A stretch of 64,000 nt of DNA from Rhodospirillales bacterium (lineage in GTDB: Bacteria; Acidobacteriota; Terriglobia; Bryobacterales; Bryobacteraceae), in assembly GCA_050261015.1 (NCBI GenBank), contig JBLNCW010000003.1, positions 12,295-76,294 of the forward strand, given 5' to 3'. The first letter of the stretch is position 1; each line of letters starts with the position of its first letter. Positions 44,409 to 53,091 of the stretch are shown here, piece by piece. The position numbers were made by a program, and so were the translations under genes. The notes under the pieces are model-generated. The model saw only the letters and a list, made by a program, of their open reading frames with translations. It had not been told where the DNA came from and made no database searches.

Positions 44409-46138
44409 CCTCTTTTGCCTTTCCTGGGCTTCGGACCGGAAACGGCTTCGGCAGGCTGCGGAGCCGGCGCCGGCATGGTCCTGTTGATAAACCACTGCTG
44501 CCCGATTCCCACGATGTTGCTGGTGAGCCAGTATAACACCAGGCCGCTCGACATGTTGTAGAACATGAAGCCGAACACCAGTGGCATCATCAGCATCATC
44601 CGCTGCTGTGCCGGGTCCTGGCCGGGCGCCGGCGTCATCTTCTGCATGACGAACTGCGCGATGACCATCAATACCGGCAGGATGTGAATCGGCAGGTGCT
44701 CGGGCTGCGAGAGGTCCGTCACCCAGAGCCAGCTCGCGCCGCGCATCTCAATGGCCACCTGGAGCACGCTGTAGAAGGCGATGAAGAAGGGGATCTGAAG
44801 CAGCATGGGCAGGCATCCGCCCATGGGGTTGATGCCGTGCTTCTTGTAGAGCGCCATCACCTCGGCATTCTGCTCGGCTTTGCGCGGATCCCGCAATCCC
44901 ACGTTCTTGTACTTGGCGTTGATGGCGGCGATCTGCGGCTGAAGGGCCTGCATCCGCTTCATCGACTTCATGCTGGAGAGCTTCAGCGGCAGCATCGCGA
45001 AGTTAATGATCACGGTGACAACGACGATGGCCCAGCCGTAATTGTGCACGAGGTGGTTGTTTAACCAGTTCACCAGCAGAAACAGCGGCTTGGCGAGCCA
45101 GCCGAACCAGGTACCGAAATCGACAAGCTGCTCGAGCTTGGGGTTGATCTTCTTAAGCAGGTCGACGTCCTTCGGCCCCACAAAAACGGCGAACTGGTTC
45201 TGAGCATGCCCTCCGACGGCGACGCCCACGTGGGGCTTCTCGGTCTTGTCCACCGCGCCGGGCACTTTGTCGGCGATGGTATGGACGGTCAACTGGCCAC
45301 CGTCATTGGGCAGGAACACTGCGGCGAAATAGTTATCCTGAATGCCGGCGAAAGTGAATTGGCCCGTATCGGTCAGCGCGCCGTCCTCGGCGTCGCCGGC
45401 CTTTTTCAACCTGAGCTTTCCGGCCGAGGCATCATAGAAAACGACACGCTGGGCACCGGCCGCATTCTGCACCGCTGCGTCGCCGAAACCGCCGCGCCAC
45501 GCCACGAAAGACGGAACCGGGGCGCCGTTCTGGGTGACCTCGGAAGTGAATGCCGAGAGGTAGCTGTCCTTTTGGAAACGGAAAGATTTCCGGACCACGA
45601 CGTTGCCATTGGAGTACTCGTAATCTATGCCCAGGCCGTCCGGGGTGGGCTTGGCCGCATAGAGTACGTCATTGACGTTCACGTCCGGCGTCTTGTCGCG
45701 GAAGGCCAGCGAGAGCGGGTAGCCGGTCTTCGGCGCTCCGGCTGGGTTCACCAGTTCAAGCGGCTTGCCGGCGCTGTCTTTGTAGTGCTTCAGGGTCCAG
45801 CTCCGCACCACCCCGCCGCGGTTCGAGAGAGTGAGGCTGTAGACATCGGTATTGATGGTAAACAGTTCCTCTTTCTCCGCCGTGACCGGCGCGACCGCAG
45901 CCGGAGCGGAAGCCGCCTTTTCCGCGGCCTCGGGCTTCGCCGGCTCGGCCGCGGTCTGAGTCTTGGATGCGGCCGGCTGAGGCGCTGGCGCGGGAGGCGT
46001 TATGTTCCTGTACAGGTAGGGCGTGAGGAACAGCACCGCGCCCATGAGAACGAATGCCAGGAGCAGTCGCTTCTCCATGGACGGTTCCGCCCCGGTTTGG
46101 GAGTCCGCCCTTTTATTACCGTTGGGGGTATCCGCCAT
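44405..46138 (-). CDS. yidC: membrane protein insertase YidC
   Basis: 577 aa. An N-terminal TM is followed by a large periplasmic domain and then the conserved core ...GWAIVVVTVIINFAMLPL..., ...MGGCLPMLLQIPFFIAFY... and ...YWLTSNIVGIGQQW... Confidence 0.95.
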   Translation of the reverse strand: MADTPNGNKRADSQTGAEPSMEKRLLLAFVLMGAVLFLTPYLYRNITPPAPAPQPAASKTQTAAEPAKPEAAEKAASAPAAVAPVTAEKEELFTINTDVYSLTLSNRGGVVRSWTLKHYKDSAGKPLELVNPAGAPKTGYPLSLAFRDKTPDVNVNDVLYAAKPTPDGLGIDYEYSNGNVVVRKSFRFQKDSYLSAFTSEVTQNGAPVPSFVAWRGGFGDAAVQNAAGAQRVVFYDASAGKLRLKKAGDAEDGALTDTGQFTFAGIQDNYFAAVFLPNDGGQLTVHTIADKVPGAVDKTEKPHVGVAVGGHAQNQFAVFVGPKDVDLLKKINPKLEQLVDFGTWFGWLAKPLFLLVNWLNNHLVHNYGWAIVVVTVIINFAMLPLKLSSMKSMKRMQALQPQIAAINAKYKNVGLRDPRKAEQNAEVMALYKKHGINPMGGCLPMLLQIPFFIAFYSVLQVAIEMRGASWLWVTDLSQPEHLPIHILPVLMVIAQFVMQKMTPAPGQDPAQQRMMLMMPLVFGFMFYNMSSGLVLYWLTSNIVGIGQQWFINRTMPAPAPQPAEAVSGPKPRKGKRG

Positions 46139-46166
46139 GGTCCTTAATCGTTTTCCTCTTTCCGTT

Positions 46167-46376
46167 TCATCGAACAGGGTCGAAGCCGCCTTCGTGGAAC
46201 GGGTGGCAGCGGAGCAGGCGTCTGAATCCGAGCCAGACGCCGCGCAGCGGCCCGTACTTCTCCACAGCCTGGAACATGTATTCCGAACAGGTCGGGTGAT
46301 AGCGGCAGGCAGAAGGCAGCAGCGGCGAGATCAACCGTTTATAGAGCGTCAGCAAAAACAGGATTACTGCTTGCAT
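46167..46376 (-). CDS. yidD: membrane protein insertion efficiency factor YidD
   Basis: 69 aa, ...[54 protein letters not shown], which is the canonical YidD sequence. The longer 201-aa track ORF was rejected. Confidence 0.9.
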   Translation of the reverse strand: MQAVILFLLTLYKRLISPLLPSACRYHPTCSEYMFQAVEKYGPLRGVWLGFRRLLRCHPFHEGGFDPVR

Positions 46377-46816
46377 CGGGAAAACAGCCGCTCGACTTCG
46401 CGGGCCAGATCCTCCATTGGCGCTGTGAGCACGGACCGGCGAGGGTTGAATACAATATCCCACTCTGGTTCTAATCGGAAAAGCCGGCGGCGTACCGCTT
46501 CTCGCATGCGCCGCTTGATCCTGTTCCTGACCACCGCTTTGCCCAGCGATTTCGGAGCGGTAAACCCGACCCGGGGCCCGTCCGCTCCGCCACGTCGCAG
46601 GCAGAAAGCTGCGAAGTACGGACCCGACACCTTGGCGCCCCCCGCGTACACGCGGCGAAAGTCGGCGGGACGGAGAATGCGAACACGCTTCGGAAACGAT
46701 TGGTCCGGCGTTCCCGCTTGAACTGCCCGTACTGGCACCGCACTCCCCCCGCTTGCGGCTGGGTCTCTGCAAAGGACGGGTTTAATCGGCGTTGGCGTAA
46801 CGAACGGAGCGCTCAT
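46364..46816 (-). CDS. rnpA: ribonuclease P protein component
   Basis: [22 protein letters not shown]..., ...[27 protein letters not shown] is the RNR-box motif. The start is uncertain: ATG 46816 overlaps rpmH by 35 nt, and the alternative GTG 46738 lies downstream of the rpmH stop. Confidence 0.8.
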   Translation of the reverse strand: MSAPFVTPTPIKPVLCRDPAASGGSAVPVRAVQAGTPDQSFPKRVRILRPADFRRVYAGGAKVSGPYFAAFCLRRGGADGPRVGFTAPKSLGKAVVRNRIKRRMREAVRRRLFRLEPEWDIVFNPRRSVLTAPMEDLAREVERLFSRCKQ

Positions 46817-46955
46817 CGCTGACGGTCAGCTTCCAGCGGCCCTTCGCCCTGCGGCGTGCGAGGACAGCCCGGCCGTCCTTGGACTTCATCCGTGCTCGGA
46901 ATCCATGAGTCTTGGCCCGGCGACGATTATTCGGCTGATACGTACGTTTTGGCAT
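46782..46955 (-). CDS. rpmH: 50S ribosomal protein L34
   Basis: Hand-translated because it is below the ORF-track length cutoff: [57 protein letters not shown]. It has the canonical L34 core and the conserved position upstream of rnpA. Confidence 0.88.
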   Translation of the reverse strand: MPKRTYQPNNRRRAKTHGFRARMKSKDGRAVLARRRAKGRWKLTVSDERSVRYANAD

Positions 46956-47028
46956 TTTGCGTTCCGACCCGGAAGAGAGGCGCTCGCAAGCACAATCCTG
47001 GCTTCGAGATCAAACTCCAAGAAATTTT

Positions 47029-47058
47029 AGTATATAGGCCTGGACAACAGGGTGTCAA
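47029..47058 (-). promoter_or_regulatory. candidate sigma70-type promoter of the rpmH operon
   Basis: The minus strand reads TTGACA-N16-TATATAct, with -35 at 47058..47053 and -10 at 47036..47031. It lies about 75 nt upstream of the rpmH ATG. Confidence 0.35.
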
Positions 47059-47254
47059 ACGCGGCAGAGCCGCCAGCCTGCTCCTTGATTCCACTGTCGC
47101 ACCCGGGGCCGGGCCGCCGCAAGCGGCGTGAAAAGATCCCCGGAGATTCGGGTTCAGGGCCGCCGGGCGTTCCGTATCCGCCTCCGTTATCTGTAGAATG
47201 AGTTTGCAGGCAGCGGGCCGGTCGGCCCGGAACAGCTCAAATCGACAGGTTCAT

Positions 47255-48217
47255 ATGCGATACCGGAAACTCGGCAGGACGAATTGGGAAATCAGCGAGA
47301 TCGGCTACGGCGCCTGGGGCGTCGGCGGCACGCAATGGCTCGGCGGCACGGACGACGAGTCGCTTGCCGCCCTGCGCAGGGCGATCGAGCTCGGGGTGAA
47401 TTTCATCGACACGGCGCTGGCGTACGGCGACGGCCACAGCGAGACCCTGGTGGGCCGCTTGGCGCGGGAAGCGGAAAAGAAGATCTACATTGCCACCAAA
47501 GTGCCGCCCAAAAACCAGCTCTGGCCCGCCCGGCCAGGCATCGGAATCGAGCAGGTTTTCCCGTACGACTACATCATTCGCTCGACCGAACAAAGCTTGA
47601 AGAATCTCGGGCTTGAACAGATCGACCTCCAGCAGCTCCACGTCTGGAACCCGGAATGGCTGGAGCGCGACGAGTGGCGCCGCGCGGCGGAGGACCTCAA
47701 GCGGTCCGGCAAGATCCGCGCCTTCGGCGTTTCCATTAACGATCACGAGCCGGATTCGGCGCTGGAGCTGATCAAGACGGGGCTGATCGATACCGTGCAG
47801 GTGATCTACAACATCTTCGACCAGTCCCCCGAGCGCAACCTGTTCCCGCTCTGCAGCGAGCGGAACATCGGCGTGCTGGCTCGAGTTCCCTTCGACGAGG
47901 GCGCGCTCACGGGCACGATCCGCGAGGACACCCAGTTCGATCCGAAGGACTTCCGCTCCTTCTACTTCCGGGGCGAGCGCAAGAAGCAGGTCATCGAGCG
48001 CGTCGCGGCGCTCCAGCGGGACCTGGGCGATCGCAACCTGCCGCAGACCGCGCTGCGGTTTTGCATTTCGCACCCGGCGGTTTCGACCGTGATTCCCGGA
48101 ATGAGGAGAGTGCGGAACGTGGAGGCCAACTGCAAGGCTTCCGACCTCGGGCCGCTCGATCCGGCAACCCTGGCGATCGTAAGAAAGCACGCCTGGGAGA
48201 AAAACTTCTATTCGTAG
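47255..48217 (+). CDS. aldo/keto reductase
   Basis: MRYRKLGRTNWEISEIGYGAWGVGG..., ...INFIDTALAYGDGHSE..., ...IDLQQLH..., ...RAFGVS... This is the classic AKR pattern. Confidence 0.88.
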   Translation: MRYRKLGRTNWEISEIGYGAWGVGGTQWLGGTDDESLAALRRAIELGVNFIDTALAYGDGHSETLVGRLAREAEKKIYIATKVPPKNQLWPARPGIGIEQVFPYDYIIRSTEQSLKNLGLEQIDLQQLHVWNPEWLERDEWRRAAEDLKRSGKIRAFGVSINDHEPDSALELIKTGLIDTVQVIYNIFDQSPERNLFPLCSERNIGVLARVPFDEGALTGTIREDTQFDPKDFRSFYFRGERKKQVIERVAALQRDLGDRNLPQTALRFCISHPAVSTVIPGMRRVRNVEANCKASDLGPLDPATLAIVRKHAWEKNFYS

Positions 48218-48275
48218 GGCGCGGCCGGCGCGCGCGCATTGCGATAGCTTGCTGGAATCCGCTAGATTGGTGGGC

Positions 48276-48365
48276 GGAGGAATGGCCGAGTGGTTGAAGG
48301 CGGCGGTCTTGAAAACCGTTAGGGTCGTAAGGCCCTCGGGGGTTCGAATCCCTCTTCCTCCGCCA
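48276..48365 (+). tRNA. tRNA-Ser (anticodon UGA), encoded CCA
   Basis: Folded by hand. The acceptor stem is GGAGGAA/TTCCTCC. The D-arm is GCC-GAGTGGTTGAA-GGC. The anticodon stem GCGGT/ACCGT carries the loop CT-TGA-AA. There is a long variable arm (GGGTC..GGCCC). The T-arm is GGGGG-TTCGAAT-CCCTC, followed by discriminator G and CCA. Confidence 0.9.
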
Positions 48366-48381
48366 GTTCTTAACTGCTTGA

Positions 48382-48618
48382 CTATACAAGGCAAGCATTG
48401 GCCTCCCGCCAATTCCGCTTCTCCGTGTTTTCCACGTTTCCGGCGCAGACGAGTTGGTAAAGGATGGTCTGCGACGTGTAATCCTTTCCGCCGTGGTACT
48501 CCGTCTTCAAGTCAAGCGCCCGAGCAGTGTCGGCGTGGGAAAGGCTGTCAGGGTGTTGCGCCAGCAAGTCGAGCATGGCATCGTAAATCAGGGTAAATCC
48601 CTGTTTAGAAACGCACAA
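48382..48618 (-). CDS. orphan small protein, possibly winged-helix-like
   Basis: 78-aa ORF with a TTG start; the first ATG gives MLDLLAQHPDSLSHADTARALDL...ILYQLVCAGNVE. It ends 17 nt from the tRNA-Ser 3' end in a locally low-GC patch. I recognise no family. Confidence 0.4.
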   Translation of the reverse strand: MCVSKQGFTLIYDAMLDLLAQHPDSLSHADTARALDLKTEYHGGKDYTSQTILYQLVCAGNVENTEKRNWREANACLV

Positions 48619-48644
48619 TTTTCCGGCTAGAGGTGATCCGAAAA

Positions 48645-49067
48645 ATGGCTATGTTCGGCATCGGGGCAAACTATGACGGCCACGGGGACATGACCGAAGA
48701 TTTTCTGGAGCATGGGCTTGCTTGCATTGGCTGGCCCTATAACGAGGCTCCTTCTTTGCACGAGATCATGAGGAGCTTTCAGGTGGGTGACATCATTTAC
48801 ATCAAGTCTCACCCGCCGCATATCGGTCTTATTGTGAAAGCAATCGGAATCGTAGAGGATTCCGAAGTCCGTCCATTGGAAGGGCACGGACAGGCGTGCG
48901 TCCGGGTTAACTGGATTTGGAGAGGGCCGGCGGTGACCATCGGTCATGTCCACGACCGCTATAACGTCAGGAATAACACGCTGTACGAGGAGTGGAATCC
49001 CGACATTCGCACTCGCATCCTGAACCTCCTTTTGAATCGTGAACAGCAACTGGCGGCTCAAGCTTGA
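48645..49067 (+). CDS. orphan hypothetical protein (small beta-rich domain; PUA/EVE-like pattern is only a guess)
   Basis: A strong SD, AGAGGTGA, ends 7 nt before ATG 48645. The 140-aa product is MAMFGIGANYDGHGDMTEDFLEHGLACIGWPY...FQVGDIIYIKSHPPHIGLIVKAIGIVEDS... One hand-counted row is about 47% GC. Confidence 0.5.
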   Translation: MAMFGIGANYDGHGDMTEDFLEHGLACIGWPYNEAPSLHEIMRSFQVGDIIYIKSHPPHIGLIVKAIGIVEDSEVRPLEGHGQACVRVNWIWRGPAVTIGHVHDRYNVRNNTLYEEWNPDIRTRILNLLLNREQQLAAQA

Positions 49068-49324
49068 TCTCGGATTGCCGGGACCTAGTGAATGATTCTG
49101 AACCCCGATTTGTACATTTTCCTGCCCATTTTCAGCGACACGCTGAACGGGCTCCGCACCGCACTACGACTGTGTCGAGTGTCGCCAGTCGGACGCTCAC
49201 GGATTCGCTCATTCAAACCTGTAGCCAACCCTCTCCACCTGTGCAGCTGTTACAGCGGCCGAAACAGCGGGCTCGGCGGTTAGCGAAACGAAAGAGGGTG
49301 AGCGGTGACGTGCCCCTATTCGAC

Positions 49325-49344
49325 TTCGGATCCCCCCGTCCGCC
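49325..49344 (+). repeat. degenerate copy of the tRNA-Ser 3' end (possible attR-like remnant)
   Basis: ttcggatccccccgtccgcc was compared with the tRNA at 48343..48364, ttcgaatccctcttcctccgcc. There are 17 matches over 22 aligned columns with one 2-nt gap. It lies at the far edge of the low-GC islet, 12 nt before the trpB-like stop. Confidence 0.3.
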
Positions 49345-49356
49345 GTGTCGATCAAC

Positions 49357-50706
49357 CTACGGCAGCGCTTCCATCGCTTCGGCGATCGCCGCTCCCGGAT
49401 GCTCGAAATCCTGCAAGCGGCCGCCGAGGTAAGCATCGTACGATGCTAAATCGAAGTGCCCGTGCCCGCTCAGGCAGAACAGGATGGTCCGCGGTTTGCC
49501 CTCCTGGCGGGCGGCTTCCGCTTCTTCGAAGACCGCGCGGATCGCGTGCGAGGATTCCGGCGCCGGCAGAATCCCTTCCGTTTGCGCAAATTTCACCGCC
49601 GCTTCGAACACCGGAAGCTGCGTGTGGGCCCGCGCTTCGATCACACCATCCTGCAGGAGCTTGCTCAGCAGCGGCGACGCGCCATGGTAGCGCAGGCCGC
49701 CGGCGTGAATGCCGGGCGGCACGAAATCGTGGCCCAGCGTGTACATCTTGAGCAGCGGGGTAAGCTTGGCGGTGTCGCCGAAGTCGTAGGTGAATTTTCC
49801 GCGCGTCAGGCTGGGGCAGGCGGCGGGCTCCACCGCGACCAACCGCACCGCCGAACCGTTGAGCTTGTCGGGCACGTACGGCAGCGCGATTCCCGCGAAG
49901 TTGCTGCCGCCGCCGAAGCAGCCGATCACGATATCCGGCGAGTCGCCCGCCAGTGCCATCTGCTGTTTCGCTTCCTCGCCGATCACCGTCTGGTGCAGCA
50001 TGACGTGGTTCAGCACGCTGCCGAGCGCGTAATTCGTGTCGGCGTGCGCGGCCGCGTCTTCCACCGCCTCGCTGATGGCGATGCCGAGGCTGCCGGGCGA
50101 ATCCGGATGCGCCGCGAGCACTGCCCTGCCCGCCTCGGTGCGCGTGCTGGGGCTCGCGAACACCTCCGCGCCCCAGGTGTTCATCATCATGCGGCGGTAG
50201 GGCTTCTGCTCATGGCTCACCTTCACCATGTACACGGTGCATTCGAGCCCGAACATGCGGCAGGCCAGCGCGAGCGCGCTGCCCCACTGTCCGGCGCCCG
50301 TTTCAGTGGCAAGCCGCTTGATGCCAGCCTGCTTGTTGTAGTACGCCTGCGCCACCGCCGTGTTCGGCTTGTGGCTGCCCGCGGGACTGACGCCTTCGTA
50401 CTTGTAGTAAATGCGCGCCGGCGTGTCGAGCGCCTTCTCAAGACGCAGTGCGCGGTAAAGCGGCGTCGGCCGCCAGAGCCGGTAGATGTCCAGCACCTCG
50501 CCCGGAATGTCGATCGCGGGAAGCGGCGAGAACTCCTGCTCCAGCAGAGACGCCGGGAAAATCGGCGCCAGCGCCTCCGGACCGATGGGCTTACGCGTCG
50601 CCGGATCGAGCGGCGGGTCGAGCGGCTCCTTGAGAAGCGCAAGGACGTTCACCCACGCGGTCGGGATCTGGTCGTCGTTCAACAAATACTTCGTTCTTTC
50701 CGGCAC
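49357..50706 (-). CDS. TrpB-like PLP-dependent enzyme (TrpB2-type tryptophan synthase beta)
   Basis: AAGGAG is 5 nt upstream of GTG 50706. Motifs are ...[25 protein letters not shown] (PLP-Lys context) and ...[12 protein letters not shown]... The length of about 449 aa and the N-terminal extension are typical of TrpB2. Confidence 0.85.
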   Translation of the reverse strand: MPERTKYLLNDDQIPTAWVNVLALLKEPLDPPLDPATRKPIGPEALAPIFPASLLEQEFSPLPAIDIPGEVLDIYRLWRPTPLYRALRLEKALDTPARIYYKYEGVSPAGSHKPNTAVAQAYYNKQAGIKRLATETGAGQWGSALALACRMFGLECTVYMVKVSHEQKPYRRMMMNTWGAEVFASPSTRTEAGRAVLAAHPDSPGSLGIAISEAVEDAAAHADTNYALGSVLNHVMLHQTVIGEEAKQQMALAGDSPDIVIGCFGGGSNFAGIALPYVPDKLNGSAVRLVAVEPAACPSLTRGKFTYDFGDTAKLTPLLKMYTLGHDFVPPGIHAGGLRYHGASPLLSKLLQDGVIEARAHTQLPVFEAAVKFAQTEGILPAPESSHAIRAVFEEAEAARQEGKPRTILFCLSGHGHFDLASYDAYLGGRLQDFEHPGAAIAEAMEALP

Positions 50707-50794
50707 TACAGCTCCTTGAAATGAAACCGACCATTGTATGTGCAGCGGGCTTCGAGCCGCAACGTGCCCCCCGCGCGCCAACCGAAAGCGGGGT

Positions 50795-51673
50795 CTAGCC
50801 GCCGGCTTGGGAGGCCGCTTCAGCCGCGTGATAGGAACTGCGCACCAGCGGTCCTGCTACCACGTGCGTGAACCCCATCTCGCGGCCCTCGCGGCGGTAC
50901 GCGGCGAACTCCTCCGGCGTAATGTACCGGATGACGGGCAGGTGTTTGGGCGAAGGACTGAGGTATTGCCCCAGCGTGAGAATATTCACGTTGTGCGCCC
51001 GCAGGTCGCGCATCACCGCGAGCACCTCGTCCCGCGTCTCTCCCAGGCCCAGCATCATCCCCGACTTGGTGGGAATCTCCGGCCTGACTCGCTGCGAGTA
51101 CGCCAGAATGTCGAGCGAGCGCTCATACCGCGCCCCGAGCCGCACCTGCCTGTACAGCCGCGGCACGGTCTCGATGTTGTGGTTCATAACGTCCGGCGCG
51201 GCTTCGAGCACGATATCCATGGCGGCGTGCGAACCCTGGAAATCGGGGATCAGCACCTCGACGCTGCAATCCGGCACACGCTCGCGAATGGCTCGGATGG
51301 TGAGCGCGAACAGTTCCGCGCCGCCGTCCTTGCGATCGTCGCGATTCACGCTGGTGATGACGGCGTAGCGCAGCCCGAGCGTGGCGACGGCTTCGGCCAC
51401 GCGGCGGGGCTCGTCGTAGTCCACCGGGAGCGGGCCGCCTTTCTGCACCGCGCAGAACCCGCACCGCCGCGTGCACACGTTGCCTAAAATCATGAAGGTT
51501 GCCGTGCGATGGTTCCAGCACTCGCCCACATTCGGGCAGGCGGCGCTTTCACACACCGTGTGCAGCCGCAGCCGCTCCACCAGCGCTTTCATGCCGCGAT
51601 AGTTCTCCCCGACGGGAGCGGGCGCGCGCAACCATTGAGGCCGGGCGTGATTCCGGGTGATCGTTACCAGCAC
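50795..51673 (-). CDS. lipA: lipoyl synthase
   Basis: [17 protein letters not shown] is the auxiliary cluster motif and [10 protein letters not shown] is the radical-SAM CX3CX2[11 protein letters not shown] is also present. Confidence 0.95.
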   Translation of the reverse strand: MLVTITRNHARPQWLRAPAPVGENYRGMKALVERLRLHTVCESAACPNVGECWNHRTATFMILGNVCTRRCGFCAVQKGGPLPVDYDEPRRVAEAVATLGLRYAVITSVNRDDRKDGGAELFALTIRAIRERVPDCSVEVLIPDFQGSHAAMDIVLEAAPDVMNHNIETVPRLYRQVRLGARYERSLDILAYSQRVRPEIPTKSGMMLGLGETRDEVLAVMRDLRAHNVNILTLGQYLSPSPKHLPVIRYITPEEFAAYRREGREMGFTHVVAGPLVRSSYHAAEAASQAGG

Positions 51674-51678
51674 TACGT

Positions 51679-53091
51679 CTATTGTAGTGCGGCCAGGCGC
51701 TGCTCCATGGATTTCCGGAACGCTTCGTCCTGAATCGCTGAAAGGTTGGCGCGCACATTAGCGAGGGCGCCGGAGAGCGCCGCGGAGGCAAGCGCGCGCC
51801 CCGTTTCGAGATCCGATGCGAACTTCGCTGGCGCCTCCCGCAGCAGAGTCTCCAGCCGGGCGCGGAGCCGGAATGACCGCTCGGCAACCTCCATGGGAAC
51901 TTCGGCGGCGCTGTGGAGCGCCTCCTCGACAAATGGCGCCCGCTCCTCCTTCGGCCTCCTGTACGCCGCCATGACGCCGCGGAACGCCTCCGCGTCGCGC
52001 TCGACGGCGGCGGCGAGAAACCGGCGGTCGGCCTCGAAATCGTAGTCGGAGCGCCGCGCGAGCTGCGCAACCATAGACCCGAGCGCGGCCGCCATGGCGC
52101 CCGCTGCCGCCGCCGCGCTGCCGCCGCCCGGAGCGGGTGTAGCAGCGGCCAAGGCATCGAGGAACTCGTCGAGCCCCCCGCCGCCCGCCTCTTCAGCCAG
52201 GCGGTTCTCCAGCACGATATCCGGGCGGAAGTTTTCCGCGCGCAGGTAGAACTCGGCCGCCATCTCGAGGGCCTTCTTGGGAATCAGCCCGATGATCTCG
52301 CTGCCCACCACCGGGACGCCGTACCGCTCCGCCTCCACGCGAACGGCCTCGAAGACGCGGTGTACGGGAGTCTGTTCGAAATCGGTGAGGTTCATCGAGA
52401 CCTGCGCGATGTTGCGCGAACTCAGCAGCACGCCCATCGCCTTCACGTAGCGGAAGCCGCCGCTCGAGAACCGGATCGCCCTGGCAATCCGCTTTGCGAT
52501 CTCCACGTCCGGCGTGCCCAGGTTGATGTTGTAGGCGATCAGAAATTTCCGCGCGCCCACGACGGTTGCGCCCGCGGTGGGATGCACGCGCGCCTCGCCG
52601 ACGTCCGGCGCGCGGTCGGGATTGACGCCGATCTCGCTGCGCAGGCCCTCGAACTGCCCGCGCCGGATGTTCTCCAGGTTCACGCGGTCCGGCCGCCGCG
52701 CGGCCGCCTCGTAGAAATAAACCGGAACCTGGAACCGCCGCCAGATCTCCTCGCCGGCGCGCACGGCGATGCGCACGCAGTCCTCGATCGTGACACCCTC
52801 AACGGGCACGAACGGCACCACGTCCACCGCCCCGATGCGCGGATGCACGCCGCTCTGCCTGTTCAGATCGATGAGTTCCACCGCCTTGCCCGCCGCGCGG
52901 ACGGCCGCCTCGCAGACGGCCTCGGGCGGGCCCGCGAAGGTCAGCACCGAGCGGTTGTGGTCGGCGTCCATTTCGCGGTCCAGCATGATGACGCCCGGTA
53001 CCGAGCGGACGGCGCTCACCAGGGCTTCGACCTTCTCCGGGTCACGGCCCTCGGAGAAGTTAGGCACGCACTCGATCAGTTTTCGTCCCAC
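51679..53091 (-). CDS. ftcD: bifunctional glutamate formimidoyltransferase / formimidoyltetrahydrofolate cyclodeaminase (FtcD-like)
   Basis: KLIECVPNFSEGRD...HNRSVLTFAG is the formiminotransferase N-terminus. The C-terminal 170 aa or so, PAPGGGSAAAAAGAMAAALGSMV, is the cyclodeaminase motif. The start is at GTG 53091, overlapping the hutI end by 16 nt. The 688-aa track ORF extension lies inside hutI and was rejected. Confidence 0.8.
   Translation of the reverse strand: MGRKLIECVPNFSEGRDPEKVEALVSAVRSVPGVIMLDREMDADHNRSVLTFAGPPEAVCEAAVRAAGKAVELIDLNRQSGVHPRIGAVDVVPFVPVEGVTIEDCVRIAVRAGEEIWRRFQVPVYFYEAAARRPDRVNLENIRRGQFEGLRSEIGVNPDRAPDVGEARVHPTAGATVVGARKFLIAYNINLGTPDVEIAKRIARAIRFSSGGFRYVKAMGVLLSSRNIAQVSMNLTDFEQTPVHRVFEAVRVEAERYGVPVVGSEIIGLIPKKALEMAAEFYLRAENFRPDIVLENRLAEEAGGGGLDEFLDALAAATPAPGGGSAAAAAGAMAAALGSMVAQLARRSDYDFEADRRFLAAAVERDAEAFRGVMAAYRRPKEERAPFVEEALHSAAEVPMEVAERSFRLRARLETLLREAPAKFASDLETGRALASAALSGALANVRANLSAIQDEAFRKSMEQRLAALQ

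Noticed and set aside
46377-46772. Extension of the yidD frame to a 201-aa ORF.
   Set aside because: It overlaps rnpA. YidD proteins are about 70-85 aa, and the conserved sequence starts at ATG 46376.
46956-47254. Possible oriC or DnaA-box cluster next to rpmH.
   Set aside because: There is only one weak TTATC-containing site (gTTATCtGTa near 47187). I saw no AT-rich unwinding element or box cluster, and dnaA is not adjacent.
49064-49436. Overlapping small ORFs (49064-49432 +, 49092-49283 +, 49209-49436 -) in the distal part of the tRNA-Ser islet.
   Set aside because: They are mutually overlapping, low-complexity and lack an SD. They partly overlap the trpB-like 3' end. The region is more likely decayed non-coding DNA.
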